Source: Hydrolagus colliei (lineage: Eukaryota). Taken from it: a stretch of DNA of 64,000 nucleotides. The notes beneath the pieces were generated by a model that searched no databases, was not told the DNA's origin, and worked only from the letters and a program-made list of their open reading frames with translations. The stretch lies in assembly GCA_035084275.1 (NCBI GenBank), contig CM068756.1, positions 9,176,001 to 9,240,000 of the forward strand. Reading direction: 5' to 3'. Numbering within the stretch: position 1 is the first letter of the stretch; every line of letters starts with the position of its first letter. The position numbers and the translations under genes are program-made. Of the stretch, positions 25,680 to 37,899 are shown in pieces.

Positions 25680-25798
25680 GAACTTGAAAACATCAAATGT
25701 TGTGATGCAGTGATATTACCAGGAAAGAAAATAGTACAGTATTTGGAGAAGAGTCCTAATGATCACAGCCACAGAGTAAGGAATGAACTATGGCTAGA

Positions 25799-25913
25799 TT
25801 TCACCCACAAAATACAGTCAATCCACGTCGCTTTATACTCTGTGAAGGCTCTTTGAGGCATCTCGAGCACGTGATAAGACTATATCAAATGCAAAGATTA
25901 TTATGATTATTAT
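25799..25913 (+). mobile_element. Young-type SINE 3' fragment
   Basis: TTCACCCACAAAATACAGTCAATCCAC..TATCAAATGCAAAGATTATTATGATTATT. Confidence 0.8.
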
Positions 25914-26594
25914 CTCTAGTCTGCACTCGCATTCCAACCAGACTCCTGAGGTATGTTCTGGATGGGAGGGACTATTGAAGGGGACAGGTGGCTGATGCCT
26001 TGGGGTGTCTCCCTATGGCCGGTTAATTGGAGAGCAGGGGTATGGGAGGCAGTCGCTCTGACCTCTTCACACCAAAAGCAAAAAGTCAGGTCAGGTCAGT
26101 TGGAGCGTTGATCTGAAGATGAGGATCATATACTGTACAAAGAAAGGGGAAATTAAAATTTTTGAAAATAAAGTTTGGAAAAAATTGGCAAATCTTATAA
26201 TGCTCTTCAGAAACAAAGTCTGGGCTCTGGTGATCACAACAGATGATGCTTTGTTTGGGAGAAATTCAATTTGTAACTATATCTTTTTCGCCGCAGGATA
26301 GTGGCATTCCTTCTTCTTGCAATGCTTATAAGGAAAAACGATTCAGTTTAAAAAAAAATAAAGAGTCCTGTGTAAAACATTATTTGGAATACTGTGCTTG
26401 GCTTACAATACCGTTTTATAATCTATAACCCCTTTGGCCCATTTTTTTTACCAGGGAATCCTGGCCAGCATTGAGTCAGTAGGCAGTCCTGGATGAAGCA
26501 GAACACTTATTGCCTTTGCATCATGTGGTAGGGCATCATAGCAGACCATTGTGTTTAGTTAGTCAGTAAACGGTTCCAATTTAGTGTTTCAAAG

Positions 26595-26960
26595 CTCCGA
26601 GTTTATTTTAACATTGTTCCCAGATTGCATAGAAAATGCCATATAATGAATTACATTTGTACAGGCAATTATTGCCATATTTAAGATCATTCGTGACAAT
26701 TGCAAGATGCATAGTCCATATGGGGCGCGGGCAGCGGGGGAGTGGGGTGGTGGGGGATGGAATGGAACTGTCTTGAACCGCTTCAAAGTTAATTGATAGG
26801 AGCTTTGTATAAAATTTGCAAACCTAACAAAAGCAACACAATGAGCCACTGTACAATGAATTATTCAGTTCAGGTGTATTAACTGTTGTTTGTTTGACAG
26901 ACAGTTATGAGTGATATGAAATGTAAGGAACAGCATTTTGTTTGGCGACGCTGGGAGGTA
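26595..26960. promoter_or_regulatory. Candidate CNE flanking a G-rich spacer
   Basis: Sox-type CATTGTT/ACAATG sites, palindrome GGCAAT-T-ATTGCC, TTAATTGA, TGACAG, and a central G4-capable tract near 26722-26756. Confidence 0.4.
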
Positions 26961-27873
26961 CTGCTCACTCGAAGGGCATTGGAGTGGAGTGCAGCAGTTG
27001 TCCTCAAGGTAAAAAATATTTAAAAAGCCGGTAGTCTGCACTTTCTCTAATACCATCTTATTTCCTGGAATGACCCTGGGGTTAGTTACAAATTACTGAA
27101 AATTTAAGGAAGTGCAAGACAGCTGTTTAGATTTAGGAACATTCTTGTTACAATTAGGCCACGCTCTTCCAACCCAAGGCTAAAACTGAACATTCAATGC
27201 TGAAACAAATATTCCCAGAATACAACTCTTTTTGCTAAAATATCGTTGTTTATAAAGCATGATGGAAAAGACATTGGTGATAGCATCTTAATTAAAGCAA
27301 TGCTTAATCTTACCTGCAGGCATGTATAATGACAAAGAGACGTGTTGGTAATGAAGATATATTAATCACTATTATAACACATAGTAAACAATAGTGCTGA
27401 TTTAATAATACCTTAGTTAATGGCTGAAAGCTAGTTGGCTGAAGGCTGTGTGTGTGTGTATACTATGGTCTTTGAAGTACAGCTGAAATTATTTAAAGGA
27501 TACCTTGGCAGAACTGTTGTTGAATGGATTCAAACAGACAGGCAGCTGTGGCTGTTTGGTGTACACTTGAAAAAAAGCTAAAACACTTCTTAAAATGAAA
27601 ATTTATCTGAAAATAAATTTCAATAGCTCTTTTCCCAAACCAAAGACAGTCTGAAAGACTAACACATGCAACTTGCATTCTGTTCTGTCAATCACACAGG
27701 TTACCCTCAATTCAGTGAGATAGTTGATTCACAAGTTTGTGATATACATAGGCAATTACATTTGTATAGAGCCTTTCAGGAGGAGGACTATCGAAAACTT
27801 GCTCATGTAAATGATGCAATCAAAATACGCCGGTTCGTTTATTTGGGGAAATTATACAGTACAGTACTGGAAT

Positions 27874-28200
27874 TGGATTCCTGTAGATCAGTGCTTAGAG
27901 CACTTGCCTCACAAGCGAGAGCCATGTGTTCGATTCCTGGGATGGCGAAACCTTGGGCAAGTTTCCTTATTCCACACGCCTGATAATAATAATCCTAATA
28001 ATAATAATTTAAAAATAAAAATTGGTCATTGTAATCTACGACAGTTGTGGGACACTGCTGTGCGCAATTGACTGTCGTGTTTCACCCACAAATATACAGT
28101 CAACTCACTTTGCAGTATATTCTGTGAAGCACTTTGAGACATCTAGAAGATGTGTAAAGCACTATATCAAATGCAAGGATTATTATCATTATCATTACTA
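27874..28200 (+). mobile_element. Young tRNA-derived SINE, full length
   Basis: TCCTGTAGATCAGTGCTTAGAGCAC..GTTCGATTCC..GGGCAAGTTTCCTT..TATCAAATGCAAGGATTATTATC. Confidence 0.93.
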
Positions 28201-28338
28201 CAGAATGCACTACAGTACTACCAATTCAGAGCAGAATCTCTGGGGAAGTGACTTGAGCAGGTAGCCCTGAGTTCTGCTGCATTGGGTTTGTCATGAGCTC
28301 ATTATAGCTGAAGCAGAAATGGTTAAATAAATGTATAT

Positions 28339-28535
28339 AACAACAACAAGATTACACTTGTATAGTGCCTTTCACATCAGGAGTACATTCCAAGGCACTG
28401 GACAGTCATTGTTTCAGACCTGAGCTGGGGACAGGGAGGGTGGAGGGAAAGTGGGGGATTTGGATTGACCGATAGGACCGTTGAAGTGGAGGGCCTTCAG
28501 GCGGGACATGAAGGAGGCCAGGAAGGGGACGACAT
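28339..28535 (-). mobile_element. L2 3' end
   Basis: AACAACAACAAGATTACACTTGTATAGTGCCTTTCACATCAG..CCAAGGCACTGGACAG..GAAGGAGGCCAGG. Confidence 0.85.
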
Positions 28536-28702
28536 ATGATGTCCCAAAAGTTTGGTAATTACACACCTTTTATTAAATACGCTCATTTTCCTTGTAATTG
28601 TTGTTCGAGGTGACCAAGGTGAAGATGACTTATCAGGTAACTATACTAAAGTGGGCTTTAATCCGGTTTGAAGTATACATTTAATCAAATATTAATCATG
28701 TT

Positions 28703-28762
28703 GTGTTTGATATTGCACCATTCACACAGGGAAGATGTCTCAAAGAGCTTCAAGTGACTCAC
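28703..28762 (-). mobile_element. SINE/L2 tail fragment
   Basis: GTGTTTGATATTGCACC..GATGTCTCAAAGAGCTTCA. Confidence 0.5.
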
Positions 28763-28931
28763 TGCAAATTGTCAATGAGATCCTTTGTTTTGAAATTGGT
28801 GAAGCCAGGGTTGTTAATACAACAACAGTGATCCTTGCAATGCATAAAGTGTACATAATATCTCATAGTGCTTTTAAGTGTAATGACATTTGTAGAAAAA
28901 CTACTTATGCTAACCACATAACCAGAGGGAT

Positions 28932-28988
28932 GGGATCAGATGGGCAGAACGGCCTTCTTTATCCAAGCTCGCATTGTGATCTTTTGAA
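28932..28988 (+). mobile_element. CR1-type 3' tail fragment
   Basis: GGGATCAGATGGGCAGAACGGCCTTCTTTATCCAAG..TGTGATCTTTTGAA. Confidence 0.55.
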
Positions 28989-29075
28989 GTTATGAACAGA
29001 TGAGGTAACAGGGCATTTTTCTTTATAACCCTAATTTTAAGTTCATTTATTTTCTCTATTAAACCTCTATTGCAG

Positions 29076-29153
29076 GTTTTCCAGTGTCACTATCGTCTCT
29101 GCCAAAGTTGCTGTGGAACCAGATGCAGAGAGCTGTGTGAGAACAACATTGAG
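29076..29153 (+). other. Candidate internal exon, 78 nt
   Basis: Branch-like CTAAT (29031), long pyrimidine tract, TTGCAG acceptor and consensus GAG|GTAAGT donor. Length is divisible by 3 and two of three frames are open. Confidence 0.5.
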
Positions 29154-30159
29154 GTAAGTGGCTCTTTTATATTCTATCTATCCCTGTGGGCAAGTACAAG
29201 CAAAAGGAAAGCAAAGCAGATGCTTTTACAGTATTCCCAGCTTTCATTCCAAAGAATTTTAGTTCAATGATGGCCATTGATTCAAATAAGGTATATATAA
29301 ATTGGGATACATCAGGTTTAGATTCCAATATAGAGCTACCATTTTAATGGGGCAGCATGACTTCTGTACATGGTTCAAAATGATGTCCCCTTATAGTTGA
29401 GTCTACAGGAAAATAAAAGACAGATAGCCCTGGGCAGCTCAGCAACTTTCAAGAGATTATATTTTTATAAAGAGCCATTTGCACAACCGATTCTAACAAC
29501 ATTTAAGAACAAACGTACAGTTTTAGAATGTTGAATTTATCATCAGTGGTTTTCTGTCACCAAGGTATCATGTAACTCTGACACTTAATTATTTTGACAT
29601 TAATTTAAATCGTATTCGGTAAACAAATGAATTCCATGTGTTACAGATGTCCAAGATTCATATTTTCAGCTTCCAAACACATTGCAAAGTTTGGCAATTT
29701 CTCTCTCTTTTAAATGCAGTAGAAACGGGATGTTGTGATGGAAACCAATTCAAAGAGCAAAATATTAGTCATGCGACTAGTGGTTCCTTTGTGATAGAAA
29801 TTGGAGAGAGAAATGCTTGTCAGCACATTTTCACAATTACCATTTTGCTAGTCCATCTATTGGGATCCAGTGGAGATGAAAAGCTAGGCTTTTGACTCAA
29901 GTCTTCTGTTGTGGTTTGTTATTAAATGGGAATTTACTCCATTAAAAAAAATCAAAGAAAATGCCTCATGGTGCAAACACTGGGCTGCAATGGGATACAG
30001 TTCCTGGTAGTAATATAAGTTTAATTAGAGCACTATGAATTTTAATAAAACAGAATATAGTTCCCAGAGCAAATCTGATAAGGAAAAGGTACACATAAGC
30101 ATAAATTCAGTCTATCTACATTCTTTTTCTCATTCATTGCACGACATTCATATCTGCAC

Positions 30160-30223
30160 CATAGAATTGTAGAAATGTGCACACGTGAAAGGAGACCATT
30201 CAGCCCATCATACCTGTGCCAAC
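30160..30223 (-). mobile_element. CR1-type 3' tail
   Basis: CATAGAATTGTAGAA..GAAAGGAGACCATTCAGCCCATCATACCTGTGCC. Confidence 0.7.
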
Positions 30224-30856
30224 AACAGAAATTATACTTCTTTGAAGATTAAAGCCACCAATGTCTCCACAAACCCCCCTGGCTGAGATCAGATAACAAC
30301 ACAAACCTAAGTCTAAGTTTCATACTTCCTGGTCTGTATGCTTCACTTCCACAAGGTAACAATGCATTTACCCATGTAAATGAACTACATTTTAGAATTA
30401 TACAGAGTTGCTCTTTTCTTGATCCACTCCTGATGACAATCCTCATCTCTCTTGTGATTGATGGATAGACAGTGTGGGAGACTGCAAGCTCGTGGGAGGC
30501 AGTGTTTGTGCGAGAGAGAAGTAAGCAGCTTACCGGACCTCTTGCTGGTTTTTGTTTTCTTTGGTCAAATGTCCGCTTAATTTAAGACAGATAAGAGCAT
30601 TTGAATTGAAGGAGCTCATCCAATTGTTTCCATGTTTTCTGTGCCTACCCATGGGAGGTTTGCACTACTACATTTGCTTATGTTTGACAAAGTGGCAGGC
30701 GTGAATGGCTGTAGTTTGGGACTTCATTATTAATATTCAAGGTGAAAATATTGCGTATTTTTCATTGGTATACATGGGCTTTAGAGTTGCAAATTTAAAA
30801 ATCATGTGGAGTTGATCAAATAAAATATAAATTTGTAATATTAATCAGCCTATGAA

Positions 30857-31070
30857 TATAATAATAATAATTCTTGCATTTGATATAGCGCTTTTCACAT
30901 CTTCTAGATGTCTCAAAGCGCTTCACAGAATATACTGTAAAGTGAATTGACTGTATATTTCTGGGCGTAACCCAGCAGCCAATTATGCACAGCAGTATCC
31001 CACAAACAGTCGTGGCCAATTTTATTATAGTTTTTTTTGAAGTATTATTATTATTGGAGGGATTATTAGG
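30857..31070 (-). mobile_element. Young SINE, 5'-truncated (no tRNA head)
   Basis: (AAT)n-TTCTTGCATTTGATATAGCGCTTTTCACATCTTCTAGATGTCTCAAAGCGCTTCACAGAATATACTG..GGGATTATTAGG. Confidence 0.92.
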
Positions 31071-31381
31071 AATGAAGAGGTTGTGTGTTCATTGCAGTTT
31101 AGAATTGACAACAGATCCTGTGCAAACAGTTAGTGTCCACTTTGGGTATAAGCTTGAAGATGACACCTGGTTTAGCTTGCAACTAAGTGATCCATAAGCA
31201 GCCTTGCCATCATGGACACACGTCAAAACTGCACCACCTAAATTCACCACTGCGGCCAGCTACAGTTTCCGCATAAAGGGAATTTACATCACTTTAGCTT
31301 TGAAAAGGTCACTGCCAAGTACTGAAGGAGTAACATTCCCAGTATGTTATATGGAATGCTCACGTATGCAGTGATATCATC

Positions 31382-31679
31382 GTGGAGTCTTATAGCTCAG
31401 TGGTTATAGCCCTAGCCTCGCAAGCGAGAGACCTGGGTTAGATTATACGCAAGTTGGGCAAGTTTCCTTGCGTGTGATAATAATCCCTCAAGAAGAAAAA
31501 CAATGATAAATTGGTCATTTCAATCCATGACTGTTTGGGGGACACTGCTGTGCCAAATTGGTTGCTGCGTTTCACCCACAAATATAGAGTCAATTCACTT
31601 TACAGTATATTCTGTGAAGCGCTTTGAGAAGTCTGGAAGACATAAAAAGCTCTCTATCAAATGCAAGGATTATTATTAT
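31382..31679 (+). mobile_element. Young tRNA-derived SINE, full length
   Basis: GTGGAGTCTTATAGCTCAGTGGTTATAGC..CTCGCAAGCGAGAGACCTGGGTT..TATCAAATGCAAGGATTATTATT. Confidence 0.93.
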
Positions 31680-31849
31680 ACGTGACTGGATATTTTGCTT
31701 GTCATAGACATACTCTTTCATCTCCAGAGGTAGGGTGAAACCGCACCAAAATCATGGGAGCAGAGGCCAGAGAATGTCATTGTTGTGTAGTCTGAGAATC
31801 AATTTTTGCTCTCAACCTCCACTACCTTACTTTTAAGATACCCCCCCTC

Positions 31850-32385
31850 TTTTGCCCACGTAAATTAACCTAGCATTAAACTCAGCATGACTTAAAATTG
31901 AGACGTAATTCCATTGCGTTGTATTTCCTGGGACACTGCAATTATGGGAATACTGTTTATTTTTGAAGAACACAATAGATATTCAACTTTACGATGGGAA
32001 GAGGCAGATTTTTTTTATTTTAAACTGACCGTCTGTGATTGATTAGCATTTCATTACTTCGCAAGTCTTTGCACCACAAGCTCCCAATGGGGGTCTACAT
32101 TTCACATGCATGAATTTGCTCGGTCATGTTTACAAAGGTTTAAACAAACTTTACTGCCATTGCCTACGAGCCCGTAACTTATCTTGATATACCTTAAAAA
32201 AGCAAAGCTCGAAGTTCTAAAAATAGAATACTATCTATATTATTTGCAAACTGTTTTCACATTGCTCATTCTATTAATGCACTGCCATTTTTAGCCATAA
32301 TAGAGCGGCAAACATTCACAATAATGCCGAAAGTCTAGGATTCCAATAAAATTAGGTGAACCAGTAAATGTCAAACAGGGGAAGA
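31850..32385. promoter_or_regulatory. Candidate CNE cluster
   Basis: TGATTGAT (Pbx-Hox) at 32036, plus TGTTTAC, TAAACAAA, CGTAAATTAA, GCCATAATA and retained CpGs. Confidence 0.4.
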
Positions 32386-33451
32386 CTATAACTGTATATA
32401 TTATCATGTTGGCCAGCCTGACTCATCCACAGGAATTGAAGGAGCAAACCATTCCTTGGTAGCAAGGATTCTTCCCATTCAGTTCCTATTAACGCTGTGA
32501 AGGCAAATCCCTAATGGATAAGGTGGCCCTAGCTGGATAAACAGAGGGAAGCTCACCAGACAGTGCTCTACACAGTAAGATATCTAGATTTAGCTGGTTA
32601 AACTCCAGCAGTATTCGAATGCACACTATGGAGTCCCATTGCCTCGGCTCTTGGCAACCTCCACTTAATACTCTCTGGAATTAGGTGAGCAGGATGCATC
32701 CCTGGGGGGGGGATGGAAAGTGTGTGCATTCCATTCCAGACACAGGAATTTCCACATTTAGGTAACATACTTGGAACTCTCAGTGTGGTTTTTATACTCT
32801 TCATCGTGGTGATAGGTTTCTGTATATGTTGGACACAGGCGCCCAGCACCACAACCCTCCCACCACCCTGGAAAAAAAAAGAAAATACAGACTTGTAATG
32901 GAAGGAATTGACTAGGAATGTAACAGATTCAAGCTCCAATATGTTCCGAATTGCTTCAATCCCAGTTAATTTTACATTTCTACAATATGGTGAAATTTGG
33001 ATAATTTGAAACCCAGGTTTATCAAGTCCTTTAAAAATGGTGACCTGCTTGCACCAATATATTTCTGCTATTATAAATGCCCATTGTTCCTGTGGTGACT
33101 TTCCAGCCCAATGGCATGCACCAGGAGACTTCAATCTGCTTTCGAAGTAAGAACAATGTAGATAAGTGCGTATGGAAAGTGTTTATGATTTGTGTCTCTA
33201 AGTCTGGGCGAACCTAGTGGAACTGCTTGTCCCCGAATTGTGGTGGTGACTATCGTCCAGTTTCTCATGGAGATAAGTTACAAGGGGATCATCCATTTCC
33301 TGGTGAGCTGCTGATCACGTGGGGTCAAGCTGATTCCCAGTGGTCTCATGATGCAGCACTCATTTGCTTTGAGTGGCGTGTTAGCAGAGAGCTTTAGTTA
33401 TTCTGAGAGAAAAAAAATTATGTTCGGATTTGATACCTTGCTGTTATTGAA

Positions 33452-33747
33452 ACCAAGAAACAGGAGTAGGCTACCTAGCTCCTCGAGCCTGTTCCGCCAT
33501 TTTATAAGAACATGACTGAAATCTACCCGGCCTTGCTCCATATCCCTTAATACCTTGACCTAACAAATATCTTTCTACCTCTGTCTTGAAAATGTGAATG
33601 GATCCAGCATCCATTACCTTTTGGGGTTGAAAGTTCCAGATTTCCACTACCATTTGGGTGGAAAAACTGCCTCCTAATTTCACTCTTGAATGGCCTATGT
33701 CTAATTTTCAGATTATGCCCCCTTGTTCTGGATTCCCCCACCAGAGG
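33452..33747 (-). mobile_element. CR1 LINE 3' end with ORF2 C-terminal remnant
   Basis: Minus ORFs give GESRTRGHNLKIR..FKSEIRRQFF and VVEIWN..VMDAGSIHIFKTEVERYL..GIKGYG, canonical CR1 ORF2 C-terminus. 3' UTR CAGGAGTAGGC..CTCGAGCCTGTTCCGCCATT. Confidence 0.92.
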
Positions 33748-35358
33748 TGGCTATGCATCTATGTTAGCTCGAAATATTATAGAGGGAAGAGGAAACAGTA
33801 GTAAGTGAGCTAAAGATCATGCAGCAACTGAAGTCAGATTCTCAGTACTGTATCATGAATGCACATATTAATAAGCACCAGAGCTGATCTAAAGCTTGAT
33901 GTTTCTTGTATTCATGAACTCTGGGAACGGATGTGGACACATAATAAAGGTATCTCATCATCGCAGTCGATTTGTTACACACACTACTTTTGAGCAATCT
34001 TTATTCACTTATTATTAATGAAGTGGGCTATTAATAGTCGAAGTATACACCTCTACCTCACAGTGTCTGAGTGACAGGACCTTAGCTAAATAAACAAGTG
34101 ACAAAAATAGCCATTCTTGATTGACAGGTTTGCCAGCACGTGATCCAAGCTGACATTATCTCGGGTCCAGTCAGCCACATCTTAAAAAATAGAAAGTGCA
34201 GACCCTAAGCAACGTAAGCTTTTATGAGTGGTGAACTCTGAAATCATCATTCATTTTTCTGTAGTCAAGTTACCACACACTTAATAAACAGCAGCTCACT
34301 GTATTCCTGAGTGAGGTTGACACATATTTTGTTTTATAATATCATGTCTGGTAATACCCATTTCATGGCATCCGTCCACATGGAAAATGGAAGAGTAGAC
34401 TCATCATCTGTTCCCTGTCTAGCTCTTGGCCTGTTGGCAGCAGTGTTTTGTTTTGGAACTATTACAGTACGGCTGTGCCAAGTCACTGGCTCCTGAATGG
34501 GTAAAGTGATCCCTTAACCTTTCATTTGGTATTCATATCTTCTGGTTCTCAAAGTATTCTATTGTTCTTGGTATACAAACTGAATCTGAGAGTCCTGAAG
34601 GTAAAATTAGTGTACTGGGGCAGCATAATTGGTAGAGATGTAATATTAAAACACTCCTTAAGTTACATTACCAGTCAAAGCCTTTGTGTCAACTTTAGCC
34701 ATTTTGTGAGAAGAATTAAAGTGTATTAACCCCTCACTGGTTACTTGCTTGCTTTCTATCGTAGGTTTGCTCAAAGCTGGCTTATTTGGGATAATATTCA
34801 CTTAAGTATCCAGCAAACATTGTTGATTTTTAGAGCAAATTGCAGTTTATCGTATCATGGTGGGTGAAAAGTGTAATATGTGAGGAAACTGAGTTAACAT
34901 TGGTTTTCAGTGCCACAATCCAAGTTGTCTTGGTGGACGGTGTCTATAAGTGCAGTCAGTCTTCAGTTATTAACTGGAATTTGTCATGTTTCTTAACAGA
35001 CGCCAAATCTGATGAGTAGTATCAAATTTTTCATCCAGTTGCATGAAATTACACTATGTCCCTCTAAAGTGTATGTTTCGTTTTCTACAGCACCCCATAA
35101 CTTTTGCAGTCAGTACTCCCATAACACAGACTATAAGCCTTGTCATAACAGTTATCCGCCTCTGTACCTACCATACCCTGCCTGGAAAATGTAGTGAGGT
35201 TGTACATGGTCTCCAGGACTTCAACCTGACATCATTAAATTGCAGCTCAGGTGAGATAGCAGATGTACACTGCTACTCAAAAAATACTGTGTTTAAAAAA
35301 AACTTGGAATGCTGTGTGCAATTATACAGTCAACCTGCTTGTAAATGTTATAATCTTA

Positions 35359-35642
35359 ACAATAATAATCCTTGCATTCACTATAATAACATTGTCTAAA
35401 CACCTCAAATGCTTCACAGGATTTTGCAGTGGAGTAAGTGACTATATTTGTAAGCAAGTGTGTCAGTCAATTTGCATACAACAATTTCTCATAAAAACAG
35501 CCATTAAGTGGATGCCCAATTTTAATGTGAAAGAAACTTCCATCTCTTTTCAGATAGTGGCATGGGATGTTTAACAGGGATATTTAACAGGATATTGAGC
35601 AAGCAGACAGATCGTAGGTTTAGCATCTCATCTGAAGGATGC
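35359..35642 (-). mobile_element. Old Deu-domain SINE
   Basis: AATAATAATCCTTGCATT tail, CAATTTGCATAC, ATAGTGGCATGGGATGTTTAAC and GGTTTAGCATCTCATCTGAAGGA. Confidence 0.8.
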
Positions 35643-35913
35643 AGGTTGTGGCATGTTATCAACTACGGTCTGGGCATTGAAGATGAAGCCATCAATGAAG
35701 GTGCACATGCTGGCTACCAGAACATGATTGGCGACTTGTTCATTGCAAATTTCGTTAAGTGGTCTTTGCACATTGTGTGGTATGTCCAGTACAGAGGAGC
35801 TATGATCTTGGTGCCCCGGAGTGCTGCTGTGGGAGCTGCTATGGTTACAGCTTGCCCTTACCGCCGATGAGTGGCAGTCCACAGCATTTTATTTTAAATT
35901 GAAAATCCTAGGT

Positions 35914-36245
35914 GTGGAGTCCTGTAGCTCAGTGGTTGGCTACACCAACCACTCGCCTTACAAGCGGGAGACCTAGGTTCATTTCCAGGCAGGGTGAAAC
36001 CGTGGGCAAGTTTCCTTACTTCACATGGCTAATAATAATCATCCCTCAAATAAAACAATAATAAATTAGTCATTTCAATTTATGGCTGTTTGTGAGATAC
36101 TGCTGTGTCAATTGGCTGCCGCGTTTCGCCCACAGATATACAGTCAATTCACTTCAGAGTATATTCTGTGAAGTGCTTTGAGACGTCTAGAAGATGTGAA
36201 AAGTGCTGTATCAAATGCAAGAATTATTATTATTATTATTATTAT
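35914..36245 (+). mobile_element. Young tRNA-derived SINE, full length
   Basis: GTGGAGTCCTGTAGCTCAGTGGTT..GGTTCATTTCC..ATTGGCTGCCGCGTTTCGCCCAC..GAGACGTCTAGAAGATGTGAAAAG..(TTA)n. Confidence 0.95.
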
Positions 36246-37899
36246 GGGCTTGTAGCGAAAACAACCAATGATGTGGGAAGTGTAATTTTTTAAAAACTGC
36301 TATCTCTTCACAGAAAAGTAATTTCAATCAAAGCATTATCTTACAACAAAATGAAAATGCATTCTGTATCCACGTATTGGAGATAAACATTGACCAAATA
36401 GTCTTCTGCGCCATATAAGTTGGATGCTGTACTGCCGTATTGCCATTGGATGGATTTGGGCAACATGCTCCGTCCCGACAAGTCAAACGATGTCAGGAAA
36501 GCCCAGTTGTGCCTTAAAGGACTTCTCTAAAGCCACACAGAGGAATTTCAGCTATTGTATCTGTGTTGTCAACTGTGCTTGTTGTGGGTAAAGTTGATGT
36601 TAACAAGCTGTATGTTTCAAGCGGTTGCTTTTTACAGTGCAACACTGCACAATTTCAAGGTCCTCGAAAAACAGCACCAGTTTTCATGAATTGTTGCAGA
36701 ATGTCTTATTTTTTTCCCCCAATCCTCCTTCCTTACTCTCCTCGAGCAATTTAACATTTGTTTCTTGTGAGGCAAATGCTCTGCCCTCTAGGCTATAGGA
36801 TTCCAGTAAATGTATTTATATTTCAGTAGTACTCAATAATATTTTAGAAATTGATTTAGTCGGTTAGAGTTAATATTGGAGTGATCAAGCTGCCCTGCTG
36901 TCTATATGTGATGCTTTGTTATGGCAATATTAGTACGTTTTAGGGTTGTTTACAAGCTGAAACACACTGAGCCATTGATGCAAGTATTTGTAGGCCTTCC
37001 AGCACTCTAGGGGTTAACTACAGATCTTGGGAGCAAATTATTGGAAAAGGACAGTTTTCTTCATTACAGCAGCACCAAAACCAATTAAAGCACATCAGGA
37101 CAATGTTATTTTGGGGATCCGTTATTACTTTTTCTGGCTGCTCGATGTGAATCTAATCTTTATTGGGATACTTACAACCATGAAAACATTTCAACATTCC
37201 AAGAGTTTCAGTTTATAATTGCATGCCATCAAATTATGAATTTGCACTGACGTGAACAATTCACATTCTTCTCTGCAGCCCTGGGATGATTTCTGTCTTG
37301 AGTCTTTTAGGCAGTGGCTCTTTCAAGAAGCCTCCCATAATGGGACCTACTCCAAGTATCTCCTTAGTTTTCACATACAGTGGTACTCGTTTGTGTACCC
37401 CATTTAATCTGGCTCCTAACATTTGGACCCAAGTAAGCACAGCAGATGATTTCTTCTGTTCCACTGTTTGCTTCTTCGGTTACAAGACTTGGGTTATGAA
37501 AGAGAATGGCACGCACATGGTAATTTAAAAAAAATGCAGCCTTTATATGCCAACAAAAGAGATATTGTCCCTTATGTTCAGAAAGAAAATGCTTCAGTCT
37601 GGGTACATATGAAACGCACAAAGAAACCCTAATTTTGCAACTAGCGTCTCTGGTAACCCACAGTCACAAGTAGGGAGTTGTGTCTCTAATCCACTTGGAA
37701 ATGTATTCATCTTGAGGCTGGCGGGAAACAGAGCTGCCATATTTTCTGTTCAGTCCGATTAAAAAAACAAAAGGTCAGAAGAAACCAATTCTTTAATCAA
37801 GTTTGCTTCCAACAACACTGAGTTGATTTTATATGAGTTTAAGTGTTTACAGAGTGTGAGGGCTCACTACGGAAATTTTCAACGTGTAAATTCTGTAAA

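Noticed and set aside
27860-28219. TACAGTACT on both sides of the SINE as a target-site duplication
   Set aside because: Offset from both element ends by several bases, so not a clean TSD.
31382-31455. tRNA-like sequences with A/B boxes (also 4392, 27874, 35914, 39500, 55943)
   Set aside because: Each continues into SINE body and tail and has broken stems. They are SINE heads, not tRNA genes.
32598-33134. Longest ORF (178 aa, minus)
   Set aside because: No recognisable domain, runs through homopolymer tracts, no flanking splice logic. Treated as a chance ORF.
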